Both the position numbers and the translations under genes were made by a program. Positions 1-13,229 of a stretch of 64,000 nt of DNA are shown here, piece by piece (the first letter of the stretch is position 1; each line of letters opens with the position of its first letter). The notes beneath the pieces were generated by a model that saw nothing but the letters and a program-made list of their open reading frames with translations, did no database searches and had not been told where the DNA came from. The DNA lies in NCBI GenBank assembly GCA_012295275.1, contig CM022673.1, positions 20,398,001 to 20,462,000 on the forward strand. The letters are read 5' to 3'. The DNA is from Chrysomallon squamiferum. Its lineage: Eukaryota > Animalia > Mollusca.

Positions 1-41
1 AATAAACTTTGAATAAAAATGACAGGTATGAAAAGATACAT
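1..41 (-). CDS. 5' end (signal-peptide start) of a further PAN-CCP-GON gene copy running off the left edge
   Basis: Minus strand from ATG at 41 reads MYLFIPVIFIQSL, matching the N-terminus of the intact gene at 47516 (MYLFIPVVFIQSL). The rest lies outside the window, so intactness is unknown. Confidence 0.6.
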   Translation of the reverse strand, partial: MYLFIPVIFIQSL

Positions 42-436
42 ATTTCAGAAGGTGCGCAGTTAGCTGATTTGCGGTAAATATCAGCTGTGTGTGATTTCTG
101 ACTGCTCACACGTACAACAAATCGACTGCTTAGAGACATCGATTTAATAATAAATATTTCATTTATGCATTTTTTATCCCATTGTTTTACATTTACTTCT
201 ACATTATACTTCAAAGTTAATGGTTCTATGAAAGGTATTAAAATAACAGTTAAGATCAAAATAATAACGTGCTCGATATGGCTAATCTGTTGCAGTAATC
301 TTTTCTTTATTGAAATATAGAATTAGTTATAAAAAATTTAATTACAAAATACTGAAGAAATATATGTTTAAAATAATGAAAGTAAACAGTAATATATTAT
401 TAAATAATACAGGTCTGACATTTTCAGTTTTTATTC

Positions 437-469
<33 letters not shown>

Positions 470-1884
470 TTTATTTATTTATTTATTTATTTTTGTGTTT
501 GATTTTATTCATCTTTCCCCTAAACAAATAAATAATGTTTTCTGAATAACAGAGACAAATGCATTGTAACTGTATGTCAATTAATGTAAACGCGTTTATA
601 TTATTGTGTTTTAGTGTTGCGATTTCTTTCTTTTTCTTTGTTTCATTTATTTATTTAGTTTTTTAACTTTTTCAGATGAATAGTCATTATCAATAATATT
701 TAAAATAAACAAAATAAAATAAATAAATATGTAAATAAATTAGTAAGTAAACTGAATTGAAGACACTAAGATTAAGAAAACAGAAAGATGATTAAAATCC
801 ATCACAATATCTATTCACCGATGTAGGCCTACTTTTTAAATCAACAACAAAATCAACAGCAAACAAACAGACGAAACGAAACACTGAAATACTCATTAAG
901 TATTTAACGTTTTTTCTCGGGTATAAACTGTGTGACCCAGTAAAAGTTCATTTCTCCTCATTCGTGGAAACCAGAATACTGTGTCTACAGATTAGAACAA
1001 AACTATGTAGAATTATTTATACAGTGCATATCGTAAACTATTTTGTCTTAAGAAGTAAGCAGAGAAAATTCATATTTAAAAATATATAAAAACCTTGGTG
1101 TATTAAAAACAAACAAAAAACAAGCACAAAACAAACACAAAACAAAATAAACAAAACTATTACTACTACTACTACTCTACTACTAACAATAATAATAGTA
1201 ATAATAATATCGATAACAATAACAAAAAGTATAACGAATAAAGAAAAAAAATCATAAATTAATAAAAGAAGCAAAATATAGCAAAGTAACAACCAAACAC
1301 ACACATATACACAGCACAAAATAAAGCAATAAAGAATTATATAAATAAATAAATAGAATGAAAAAAATCTAAATATAACAGCAGTAATGAAACAACACAT
1401 TCAAACACAGGCAAAACAAAAATCAAAAAAAAAAGAATAAATAAAAGAGAATAGCAACAGAACAAAACAACGAAAACTAAACAACAACAAAAAACTATAA
1501 TCATTAAAAATAAAATGAAAATAAATGAAAAAAAAAAAAGAAAAAAAAAAAACAAACAATATATTTCTTATTCATTCTGTTATTCAGTATTAATTTATTT
1601 CACATTCATTGACTCTTTATTCATATTCATTCACAATGCCAGGCGTTGCAAGAGGGACAACAGTAAAAGAACTAAAGTTTTGCAGAATGTAGTTTCATTA
1701 ATAAATTAATGAATCGTCTCTCTGGGGATGATACAGTTTAAATGTTGTTAATAACCTATTCATTGAACTGAACACGACTGTCTATCTGAACGTTAACCAT
1801 ATTATTGTCTGCGGTCTTAAGATTACTTTTTCATTCAACAATCTTGAAAATGTAGAGCGTTACAAACAATTATACGCGCTTATT

Positions 1885-2025
1885 GAATGCTAGAATTCTG
1901 TTTAGTTTTGTATATCTGTTAATTCGAAAGGTATCAGGATTCTAATGAACACTTATGTTTATTCAGTACCAGGCGAATAACAACAGCAAAAATGTCGACT
2001 TTCATTGTAATATTTATGTTTGGTA
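1885..2025 (+). pseudogene. Possible decayed PAN/Apple exon of the plus-strand paralog
   Basis: Contains ATT CTG TTT (ILF), CCA GGC GAA T (cf. AGEC) and AAC AAC AGC AAA ..TGT CGA CTT ..AAT ATT TAT GTT (cf. NKNSKTCRLNSKIYV), with stops and indels. Equivalents at ~17745-17880, ~26215-26350, ~50455-50585. Weak, fragmentary similarity. Confidence 0.3.
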
Positions 2026-2184
2026 ACTGTGGTCTATGTTTGCTAACTGAATGAGAAAAAAAAATCATTTTCCAATTATACGAATCAATATATTTTTCAA
2101 ATGTATTTACGGATTTACTATTTTATTCAACATTTGTAGCTATACGGTATAATAATATGCTACATTTCGCAAAGTCACGAATTG

Positions 2185-2300
<116 letters not shown>

Positions 2301-2677
2301 ATTAACATATACACATACATTTTTTAACTACTGCAGCCAAATTTGTATGATCCAGAAACACAGAGATGGAACAAAAATAATTTTAAAGAATCTTTAAATT
2401 GTCATATGTCAGGTTTAAAGAAACAGCTTTTTAATTTCGTTTCCCAATTAAGTTTTTTTTTTTTTTTATTGTTTTTGTTAACTTACTCGATTTAGAGAGT
2501 AGTGTAATAATATTTACGAGTTATACAGAAAATTAACAATAAACTAGAATAAAATAATGATCAGCACATAAACTCAAGGTAGTCTGTATTGTAATAATGC
2601 TTTGGAATTATTGGTGTATTTATATTTTCTTCCTTCCACATGTATATGATATCCGTCCGTTTATTTTCTAATTTTAG

Positions 2678-2838
2678 GAGGTGTTTATAGATATGGGTAT
2701 ATGTACAGCGCTGAAATTAAAAGGTGTGCAAACGACATCAAGATAGATGTCCGGTGCGGGAGTTTTCCTGGATTTTCTTTTCCTGAAGATCCGCTATTGT
2801 TGAATATATTTTAGCCGCAAGATTGTTGCAATCGTTAA
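2678..2838 (+). pseudogene. Last-exon relic of plus-strand GON paralog (unit 1)
   Basis: After ttttag acceptor reads EVFID/GYMYSAEIKRCANDIKIDVRCGSFPGFSFPEDPLLLNIF*, homologous to exon 5 of the intact gene (NTKIDLLCGGWPGGCYPDGTMLL). 1-nt deletion relative to the 55771 copy; the preceding exon is deleted except for its last few bases at ~2410. Confidence 0.7.
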
Positions 2839-4842
2839 TATTTTCTAGATTTTCACTGCTTTTAGATGGATAATCGGTGATACTGCACACACGCACAAAT
2901 ATTTTAACGAATTTTATTAACTGTTTATTACAGCTTGTTTTTATCAAACCAGATGATTTTGGTTATTGTTTCCAGCATGGGTTTAATAGCTTCGAAGGAC
3001 AGGGCAAATATGAATACTAGATTTTCATTTTATTGATGTAATTATACTTTTGTCACATTTTAATTCCCTCAGACGCAAGTCCTGCCCATCTAGAAATAAA
3101 GATAAAGTGGATGAAATAGAATATAAGGGAAGACAGAATAAGTCATTGTATTTAAAATGATGACAACACAAATATGTAATCAGAAAACTTTGTCGTTAGT
3201 ATAGGGATTTACTTCAGTATTTTGCACATGCGAATCACTGAAGACTGGCACCCTTCTCTTTTATTTCACATTTAATAGCTATTTTATTTCTGTTCAAAAC
3301 TGGGGTTTTTATCTTCTTTGTTCCTAACATTTTAGTTTGGATTATCTAAAAAGACAGCCATTTGTTTCACTCTATCTAATTTACAACACGTTCTTATTCT
3401 TTGTTAATTTAACGATATATTTTCTTAGCGGCAACGATAACTTTCCAATAGACTCGTAAGATTTTGTCTATACAAATATTATAATTAAAAGCGGAATAAA
3501 TAACCCAACCCATTTGCAAATATGTGACATTTAAGAAACATTCTAGAAACATATAAGACAAATTAATAGCATGATAAACAGAATATTTCCATAAATAACA
3601 TTAACTAAGATTATGTGAAACAAAAATTAAAAGGAAAATGCACTTATCTGTAACTTAATGATTTTTATTTTGTAAATAAATTACAAAGAATGAAATCGCT
3701 TGGATAATTAATTACACTATAAAGTAAGAACAAAAGTTATTGATATTTGAATTAGGTCATCAGAGCGCTGAAATAAAAACATTAAAAGTGTACTGTTCCT
3801 AGTGTTGTTGTCATTGTTCTTGTTATTTATTTACTGATTCATTGATTTCTTGATGTTGTTTATCTTCTTCTTTTTGTTATTTTTTATTATAATTTTACTT
3901 TATTCTTATCTATTTTGCTTTATTCTTATTAATTTTAATTTTTTTCTCCTAAAATACCGTTGTCATCATAATGTAGCGATATACAGATTGTTTCGTTTAA
4001 TTGGTATTTGTTACAAGTTTATTAATTGTTTGGAAAATACTCGACTTAAAAAGTTAAAGTCATAATTATAATAAAATAAGTAAATAAAAAACAAAACAAT
4101 AAGAACAACAATAACAACAACAACAATAATAATAATCATAATAATACTAAACAATAAATAATAACCATTATTTTTATAATATTGAACCTAGTATTCGAAT
4201 AAATGATCGATATCTATTATGAAAATTTCTTAAGTTACGTTAGAAAATACCGTTGAAGAACAATGCAGGTATATCAATTCGCCTGAAAGCTTAAATCTTT
4301 AAGGGATTAAATTAAAAAGGAAACTAAAAAGCACTCTTCCATTTAAAAAAATATATGAAATTTTCTTTTAGCAGCAGAAAAGAAATGTTTTGGATGTTGA
4401 AAACAAAATTAACAGTGAAAGAATATACAAATGACCCAGTCGAAGTGTAGTGCCTGTCCCCTAAACAAGGTTATTTTAATATGAATACTATAATGAGATT
4501 AATTGTAGTTACAGTCATAAAGCTTAGCTACCACTTCAAAGAGATCTGTTTCCGTTTAAGTCAATCACTTTCACCTGAGACGTGGATGTACTAATGGCTT
4601 ACGATTTGAAGTCAGTGTGGTGTCAAACAGCAAAACAAACGTCTTTTGGAAATTTCCGTTAATACGGCCTACTTGAAGAACATAACTTCTTCTACTTTGA
4701 AAATGTTTTCTTTAATTGAATTAATCCCTGGAACATGAGTCCGAGACCGTTATCAGTAACAGCCACAAAGCATAGCTGAAATATACTGTAGAGATCTGCA
4801 CAAGAGACAGAGGTGCGAGTGAAGAAACTATTAATTCCGAAA

Positions 4843-5216
4843 CTGTTAGAAGTCATAATAACAAGTCAAAAAATCAAAATTGAAAAGGAAAACAATTGTT
4901 GCTGCAACGTTCTCTCTGCAAATAAATGACAGTTCGCTTACATTAAGAAATCGAGTTATAAAAATACTATTTTATCATTTTTCGTGTGTAAAATGATAAA
5001 GAATTACTGCTCTCTTCTGTGATGCTTACGCAAAAAAACATTCTGATTTATAATTGGATGAATAATGTATCGACATAATGATTAGCTAATCTTCCATTTA
5101 TTGAAATGATAAATGTAAACAGACGCATGACTATTTAGTAGGCGGAGTTTATTTTCAAAATATAAAAGCATTCATTTTGAAGTATCAGCAGTGTTGCAGC
5201 GTCTCAGATTAAAATA

Positions 5217-5252
<36 letters not shown>

Positions 5253-5289
5253 GATAATGATGACGATGATGATGATAATAATAATAATG

Positions 5290-5363
<74 letters not shown>

Positions 5364-5870
5364 AATAATGATAAAGATCATTTCAATAATTTCGTTTTTA
5401 AATTCAGTCTTATGTGGATATTGGAAAAACTTGCATTTCCTTCTGTGAAATCTGTTAGAAATAATAATAACATGTAACAAAAATCGAAAACTGATTAGGA
5501 AAACAAAAGTTGCTGCAACGATTCCTCTCTACAAATGAATGCCACTTCGCTAACATTAAGAACTCCAGTTATCAAAATTTTTCGTTTAGAGAGTGCCAAA
5601 GCCACACGAAAAACCATTCTGATGCGAAAAACCATTTTCATTTATGATTGGATGAAAAATATATGGACATTTATTGAAATGATAAATACAGAGACACATG
5701 ACTATTTAGTAGGCGGGGTTTATTTTACGAATAAATATAAGAGCATTCATTTTAAAGTATCAGCAACGTCTCAGATTAAAATAAATATGTAAATAATAAT
5801 AATAAAGACGATCTCAATAATTCAGTCTTCTGTGGATTTGGGAAAAAATTTCATTTTCTTCTGTGAAAGT
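4843..5870 (+). repeat. ~0.6 kb imperfect tandem duplication upstream of GPCR, with (ATA/ATG)n tract at 5220-5370
   Basis: ctgttagaa..ataataac..aaaatc.aaa.tga..aggaaaacaa..gttgctgcaacg occurs at ~4843 and ~5452. Same in unit 2 (~20824 and ~21385); single copy in unit 3 (~36798). Confidence 0.85.
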
Positions 5871-5910
5871 GAATCTGTAATACGTAACAAGGTAGTAGAA
5901 AGCTGTAAGT
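5640..5910 (+). promoter_or_regulatory. Putative GPCR promoter and 5'UTR exon ending at a GTAAGT donor
   Basis: ATTGG (reverse CCAAT) 5647, GC box AGGCGGGGTT 5711, TATAAGAG 5736 (TATAAAAG in the distal duplicate at 5161 and in unit 3 at 37098), donor GTAAGT at 5905 (also 21843, 37263). Polypyrimidine-CAG acceptor ends at 6508, just before the ATG. Motif-based inference only. Confidence 0.45.
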
Positions 5911-6224
5911 ATTATACTGATATTATAAATGAGATTGTAAAGCGTATGTAGACTAAATAATTTAATAAAGAAATAACGTAATTTTCATAAATATAATAAT
6001 TCGAATTAGTTTTGGCGTTGTTATTGTTGCTGTTGTTGCTGTCGAAGTTCATGTTTTATTTCGTTCACAGTGATGTCATTGTTATTGAAGGCAATTCCTT
6101 TATATTTCAATTCCGAGTATTTCTGACGTTTAAATGTTGCGGAAATTAGTTTTCAGTGGAAACATGAGCAGCTAGAAAAATGACTGCGATGTTATTTACA
6201 AAGAATTAGCATCTCTTTCACCAC

Positions 6225-6226
<2 letters not shown>

Positions 6227-6316
<90 letters not shown>
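6227..6316. repeat. (CT)n microsatellite in putative GPCR 5'UTR intron
   Basis: Pure CT run; equivalent at 22167-22262. Confidence 0.97.
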
Positions 6317-6319
<3 letters not shown>

Positions 6320-6521
6320 AATCAACATGACAAACCACTTCAAAATCGAAATAGAATCCTTATAGTTCTTCGCAACACAAACTTTGTAATAAATATGATC
6401 ACAAATACTGATATTTTAACTTTTCTCTGTGATAGAATATTACATTTCTCTTTCTAATTTTGTTTAAAATATACAACTTTACACGTATCTTATTGACTTC
6501 TTTTTCAGTTTCAGTATAAAG

Positions 6522-7538
6522 ATGAGCAGCGAGGAATATGACTGTGAAGCTATTTACAAAAAATTAGCAGCTTCTTCACCAGCGCCTCTGACTGACACTC
6601 AGACAAAACTCTATTGTGTATTTCAGCTCTTCTTTATTGCTGTTACAATAACTGGTAACAGTCTCGTTATAACATCTATATTAAAATTTCCTTATCTGCG
6701 CAAACGTCAGAACGTCCATGTTGCAGTATTGGCTCTAGCAGATATGGGTCTGGCAATTTTCGTCATGCCTCTTCACATATATGAAAGATGGAATGGAAAG
6801 TTTGATTTGCCACAATGGGTTTGTGTCTTCAGAAATATTTTTGATGGTGCTTTGAGTCAGATTTCCATCTTAAATCTGTGCATTCTTTCTGTCGAGCGCT
6901 ATCTTGCTGTTTGCCGCCCTTTCACTTATCAGAAAATTACTCCCACCATAACTGCATGTACAGCAATTTTTAGCTGGGCTTTACCTTTGTCTGCTATGGC
7001 TGTTTACTTCGGTCCTGGAATGAACGTGATTGGAATGGAAGATTATGATTTCTGTGTTTCGAAAGCACAAATGTGTTTGTATCTTCAGACTGAATGGAGT
7101 GCCTACGTACACCTCGTGTATTTTGCTGTTGTACCAATGACGATTATTCTGACCCTCTACGTTAAGATATTCCAGAAGGCAAAAGAGCACGCCCGTGCAA
7201 TCCGATCTTTGACCGTTACGGAGGATGACAAGAAAAAGAGAAAAGCTTTTACAGGAAACACCAAGGCAGCTCGTACACTCTCAGTTATTGTTGGCGTATT
7301 CTATTTCTGTTGGTTGCCTCTTCTCGTTCTTGCTATGGTGGATTCTAGTACTAAATACCAAGTCATTCCGACTACAATTATGATTTTGTTTCTTTGGCTG
7401 GCATATCTAAACTCTTTGATGAATCCATTCCTGTATTATCTGTTCAGCCAGGATTTCAAAACTGCTTTCAGGCAGATTTTCAATTGCAAGCCAAGAGCAG
7501 TTACAGACATAACTTTGGCATCTACAAACACTGCTTAG
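6522..7538 (+). CDS. Class A (rhodopsin-like) GPCR, aminergic / trace amine-associated-receptor-like, 338 aa, copy 1
   Basis: Uninterrupted ORF with seven hydrophobic segments. Motifs: GNSLVI (TM1), LALAD (TM2), C3.25, D3.32, ERY (TM3), W4.50, P5.50, CWLP (TM6), W7.40-x-x-Y7.43 and NSLMNPFLY (TM7), helix 8 DFKTAF with a downstream Cys. Confidence 0.95.
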   Translation: MSSEEYDCEAIYKKLAASSPAPLTDTQTKLYCVFQLFFIAVTITGNSLVITSILKFPYLRKRQNVHVAVLALADMGLAIFVMPLHIYERWNGKFDLPQWVCVFRNIFDGALSQISILNLCILSVERYLAVCRPFTYQKITPTITACTAIFSWALPLSAMAVYFGPGMNVIGMEDYDFCVSKAQMCLYLQTEWSAYVHLVYFAVVPMTIILTLYVKIFQKAKEHARAIRSLTVTEDDKKKRKAFTGNTKAARTLSVIVGVFYFCWLPLLVLAMVDSSTKYQVIPTTIMILFLWLAYLNSLMNPFLYYLFSQDFKTAFRQIFNCKPRAVTDITLASTNTA

Positions 7539-10500
7539 TAAAAAGAAACTCAAAACATATATATATATTTAATTATGTCACTAGTGAAGTTTTCTCACTA
7601 TTATTTTTGTTTGTTGTTTTTGTTTTTGTTTTTGTTTTGTTTATTGTTGATGTTGTTATATTTGTATAGATACGTAGAATGTTTTAATTGGTAAAATCAA
7701 TGTTAAAATTCTGATTAATGACATTTTGTTAATTAATATTTCATGTTATCATCCTTGTTTGTTTTCGATTAAGATAATAGTTCAGTTTTGTGGTATATTC
7801 TACGGAACTTTTACCTAACATTCTCTTGAAGTTTCAAAACTTTTTTTCTCATAATTTTATTAAGTATGAATTTGTTTCGTGAATAACTCTGCTTTTTTAT
7901 TATTTTTTGTTTATAGAAATTAATTATTCTAACAACATTAATGCATGACCGAGGAAATCCTTCAAGGAAGCGATGATCCAGTACAAAAGGTAGATAAGAT
8001 AAATTATACCTCACTGTGGCAGTGCAAGACATAACGGTGGGGTCGGAGGGATTGTAACTTCAAACATTACATTTCTAAAATAACGTTAGTTACAATATTT
8101 TATTCGATTCGGAACTCATTAAGAATACAAATAAAAGTTAATTTTATGCTCCGAAACCTACATTATCTCCAGTCTATATTGTAGACACTAAAAGCTCCGG
8201 GCTTGTTTTTCTAAATTGCATTCACGAATTTTGGATCACATTTTCCATAATTATCATTGGACACATTCTACATAGAGTCAAGCAATGAAATATTATTTTT
8301 CAGTATTTTCTTAAAATGTGTTTATTTTATATTTATTATTTTTATTTTTTTCCCTTTAACTTATAATTATATTTATATGGATTGTGTACGTTTGTATGTG
8401 TTTATATATGTATATATTGCATGTTGTCGCACTACTTCTAATTTTCTGGAAATTCGTACTGTTAGTAATTATTATTCAGTCAAAAATGAGATCTATTGCA
8501 ATTTAAATTCCTTAGTATAGACATTCAACAGTATTGTTTTGTGTTAATAATACATACGTGTGTAATGTATTTGCGATGTATTCTGGCATTGTGAGGTTAT
8601 GCTATCAAGGTACCCCAACCTGGCTGTGGCTATATTACTCTGGGGACAAATAAAAATTAATAATAATAATAATAAACAAAATAAAAATAAATAAAAAGAA
8701 TTTAAAATAATACACCAGTATTTAAAGCTGTTTCTAGTATCAAGCTATTCATGGCAGAAAAGCGCAAATGTAAGAATTATATCACTGACTTGAAAGATAT
8801 ACTAGTATACGGATTATACTACTACATATTTCAAAACTTAAAAAGAATAAAATTACACTTCAACAGGAATTAAGACAGGAATTGTACCAGATTTCTTTGT
8901 TTCTTTTTAAAATCATTATCAGTAGTTTCTTAATTTTTTAATTCTGGTTTTTAATAAGAAATCATTAAATTTATACAGAGGTAATGAAATGTGTCGATAA
9001 ATGAAAAAGAATAGGTCATCTGTTTTCCGTGTGGAAGAATGAAGGAAACTAAAAATAATATACCATAATTACTATTGACTGATATTTATTTCTTAGTTGT
9101 AAAATATCTTGTAAAAAGTCTGAGCTAATCATAACAACAATTATCTCATTCTCGCTCTTTTTGCCCTGCTAATTTAGCCTAACCTAATCATTATCATTAC
9201 TGATTCAGTTCTACTCTTTTATTAAACTTTCTTCATCAAAAAATATGTTTATTTATTGTTTGTCATATGAAGAAACAGACTTAGTATATTCTACATACTT
9301 GCAGATAAATGTTTTCTCTTTTGACTATAACGAAGTGTAAGAGTTAAAAAAAAAATAATTAAGAAAATAAATAAATAAAAATATATCTGTCGCCGGTATA
9401 TTTTGTAGTCACGTGGTAATCAGGTACAGGGTAGATTGATTTTCGTTTCTTTATTTTATTGTCATATTTTGTTATGATCGATAATAGATCGCCCAAAATA
9501 ATAAATAATAATAATGTGGAAATGAAAGTAGTTAATTAGACCGTATATTCGTAACAAAATGATAGTAAACAAATATTTTTGTATGTGTAGGAATGCACAT
9601 AACAAAGACGTTAAGAAACCATGTTTATCATCATAACGTACCATTGATGTTATTTAAAAAAAGACAAAATCAAAACAAATGATAAATTGATTTAAAATAT
9701 AATTATTGTGGATCCACATTTGTAAATAATACTAATAATAAATAAATAAATAAAATTTATCTAAAAATGAAATTATCAATAAATTAAACTTTTAGAACCA
9801 AAGCAAATAAATAATGTACATTTCATATAAGTAAATAATAAACTTAGACAATGCTTTAGTTCACACGAATATATCATAAAGCTACTCATTTCATATTTTT
9901 CTTGTGTTCTCTTCATTTTGCCTTATTGATCGGTACGGACATTTTTGTGAAATTGTTACTTTTCAAATTAAATAGCTGACACTATTGATTTCTCAATGAA
10001 AAAGAAAGCCAATTACTTCGACATCTGACGTCACATGTGACTTGATGTAATTTTACATCTAAAATAAAAGAAAGATGAAATAACGATTATCAAGAAAATG
10101 TGCATTTTCAAAGGTTGATTTGAGGAATAAATCTGAAGGCAAGGTTTTGTTTTTATTTTATTTATTTTTTTTTAATGTTTATTTTTTTATTTTTTTATTT
10201 ATATATTTATTTTTTTATTTTTAATTATTTTATTTTTATTTTATTTTTATTGAGAAGGGATTTTTAAACTGTAATATCATATTAGTAAACAGGCAAGGAT
10301 TTCAGAAAACAATCAGTGACAAGAGTTGTTTTCATTTTAAAGTGTTTGTTGGTATTTCTTACGCAGATTAGAAATGGACCCGCAATTATTATTATTTTAA
10401 TTTTAATTTTATTTTATGACACTGTTCATTTTTTGAAAGCTTTAAAAATAAAGTAAAAAACACACCAAGAAATGAGTAGAAAGTAATATTGATTTAGGTA

Positions 10501-12710
10501 AGTCAAAAACATTGATTTTTTAATTACGCTGGATTATAAGTCACGAAGCAAAAATCGAACAGTCAAGAAATACGCATAAGAAAAGATGAAGAAAGTAAAA
10601 AATTAAATTAAACTGAGTAAATGAACTTATCGAATCACAAATCAGTTCATTGTATAGTTTAGAAATTTACATTTTCGACATAACAAATAATGTAACAGAT
10701 GTAAAACAAATGAAAAAATATATAAAATAAAATATTGAACTCTCTCTAACGCTCTGCATTTTAATAATTAAATGTTAAATGAAATCAAGACACTTCGAGT
10801 CACGAAGGATACATGAAATAATGGACATTACTGGCACATGCAAAAGCCAAATTGTTTTAATAATATTTTTAATCCAATATTTTATTAAGAATACAGGTAA
10901 TTTCAGGTTTCTGTCAAGCTGATATTAAAAACAAAAACAGAAACCACTTATGAAGAAAAATAAATCACGTAAAAAGCCACAGTTAATTTAAATTTTCTAA
11001 TGTTCTCCATACATGTGTATGTCAAACAATTTAACAAGTTTAAACGATATAACGAGCAACGATTATATTTGGACTCTAAATGTATAGTTACATCCGTACA
11101 GTTCTAAAGAATATAAAGAGTATATATAAAAATTAAACTATATAACGGAAACAATTGTCTGCTTCTTCTCTTTCTGTGTCTACGAATACACACACGTGGG
11201 AACAACAGCGGTGTTTTCAGCTGGCTCTGAAATTAAAAATTAATTGTGCTAGTCATACCAACATCATTTTCCAACCATATACATACTATTGAGAATAATA
11301 CTTACATTATTTCTAGATTCATTTAGGATATTAAAGTACTCTGATTACGTTTTCGAATGGTATTTGAATTGTTTAAAAATTAACATTTAGCGGTACCTAT
11401 CCCCACAAATTAAATCAGAGCACTTTTTTGACCATTCTGTCATGTTCAAGCATGAAATTATGTTCAGGCTAAGTAGCGAAATTGTCCAGTTTTGTTTGTA
11501 AATACATCAATAGTAATTTAGTACGTAAGAGCTTAGCAGAAAGTTTGTTTCCAAAATTTCATTAATAGATAAACAATAATAATAAGTGTTATGTAATTAT
11601 GAACGAATGTATGTACGTGAGTATACATGTTTATAATGTATGTATTATATATGTTTGTATCATTGTGTATATGCTTGTATGTATGCTTGTATATATGTAT
11701 GTAGTGTATGTATTTTATACATGTAATATATGTATTTATGTATCAGTGTATTTGACATGCATATTTTTATGTCAGTCTATATGTATAAATGAACGAATAT
11801 ATATGTACGTGTGTACGCATGTGTATATGTATTATGTATTATATATGTATGTATGTAAGTTTGTATGTATGTATACATGATTGTACACATGATTGTGTGT
11901 AAACTAAGATATAAAAAGACATGGACATAAAGATATTAAAATAGATGCAAACCTAATGGTGAACATATAAATATACCTGTAGTGATCCTGATAGTGACAG
12001 AGGCTAAGAATTTATATAACAAACTATGCAGACTGAGTGAACTTTGTACATTTTCTGATTTACCAGAGGGTCAATCTGCAGTCCTGTGCCAGACAAGTCG
12101 ATGGTGAACGTTCCCTTGTGTCCACAAGACGCTCTCTGGTTATTACTGTGTATGGAGTAACAGTCATTAGCTTCGCCATATTGCAGTGCAGCACCAGAAA
12201 CTAGGTTTACAAATGTTTTATCGTCCCGTATGATTTCCATTGTCTGAAAAAAATATACTTTATTTAACGACGCTCTGAGCACATTTTAAATAAATGGAAA
12301 TAAATTATATTCAGTTTTTCTAAAATCCTGAAATTAATTTAACATCTTTAATGGTCCCCAGTTGCTGAAACATAAGTTAATCAAACCAGAGATAAGGGTA
12401 ATAATCGAATGTCATCATTTTCTTACGAATTAACTCCCGTTAGGAATTATTCATTAACAAATGTTCATATATTCTTTTACTATTAAATGCATTTATGTAT
12501 CTATGTATGTATGTATGTGTATATATGTATGTATATATATGTATGTATCACATAAATTCGTAATGTACTATTTAAGAATGACCATCCCCACAAAATAACG
12601 AACATAAAATAACTAACAAATATTTACTGTATTAACATAGATCTAATCCAATATATGTTATCTCCTGATTTCATATTCGCTATAGATACAAAAGCAACAT
12701 ATACACAGAG

Positions 12711-12823
<113 letters not shown>

Positions 12824-13229
12824 CTCACACACATACACAAACATAATCAGACATACTCGGACGATATACACAATATACTCAAGCTCCCGTTCTGACATAA
12901 ACATTACGAATGCATATTATTTTCATAGTGAAGACGGACATTTAAAGTAACATCTTCAATTGCATCAACTTTCATTAAATAAATCATATTTAACTCAAAA
13001 TACTGAAAGTTACCTGAATGTTGAGTTTCACTTTAAGATAATTCGTTTCGCCAACTCGGCTCTCCTTGCCAGAGCAAGGACCTGCACTTTCGCCATTACA
13101 GTTCATGTTTTGTAAACTAGGAAACACACCAACATTTGGGTTTACCAAAGACAGAAATTCTGAAGGCGGTCCACACATGTTGTGTCAATAGATCTTGACT
13201 CGTTGATCTTGAAACACTATTTAAAAAAA

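Noticed and set aside
310-531. Recurrent MKYRISYKKFNYKIL ORF (also 47804, 48997)
   Set aside because: Recurs only because the flank is duplicated; starts at TTG, spans an AAT repeat, and is broken in the unit-2 and unit-3 copies.
1038-1555. Very hydrophobic F/L/I/V/C-rich ORFs (also 16895-17431, 25755-26143, 3850-4065, 5172-5480) resembling membrane proteins
   Set aside because: Antisense of A-rich low-complexity DNA or trinucleotide repeats; indels between unit copies do not preserve frame.
6981-7669. Antisense or overlapping ORFs on the GPCRs (6981-7190, 7394-7669, 22815-23135)
   Set aside because: Shadow frames of the real CDS with no recognisable motifs and inconsistent lengths between copies.
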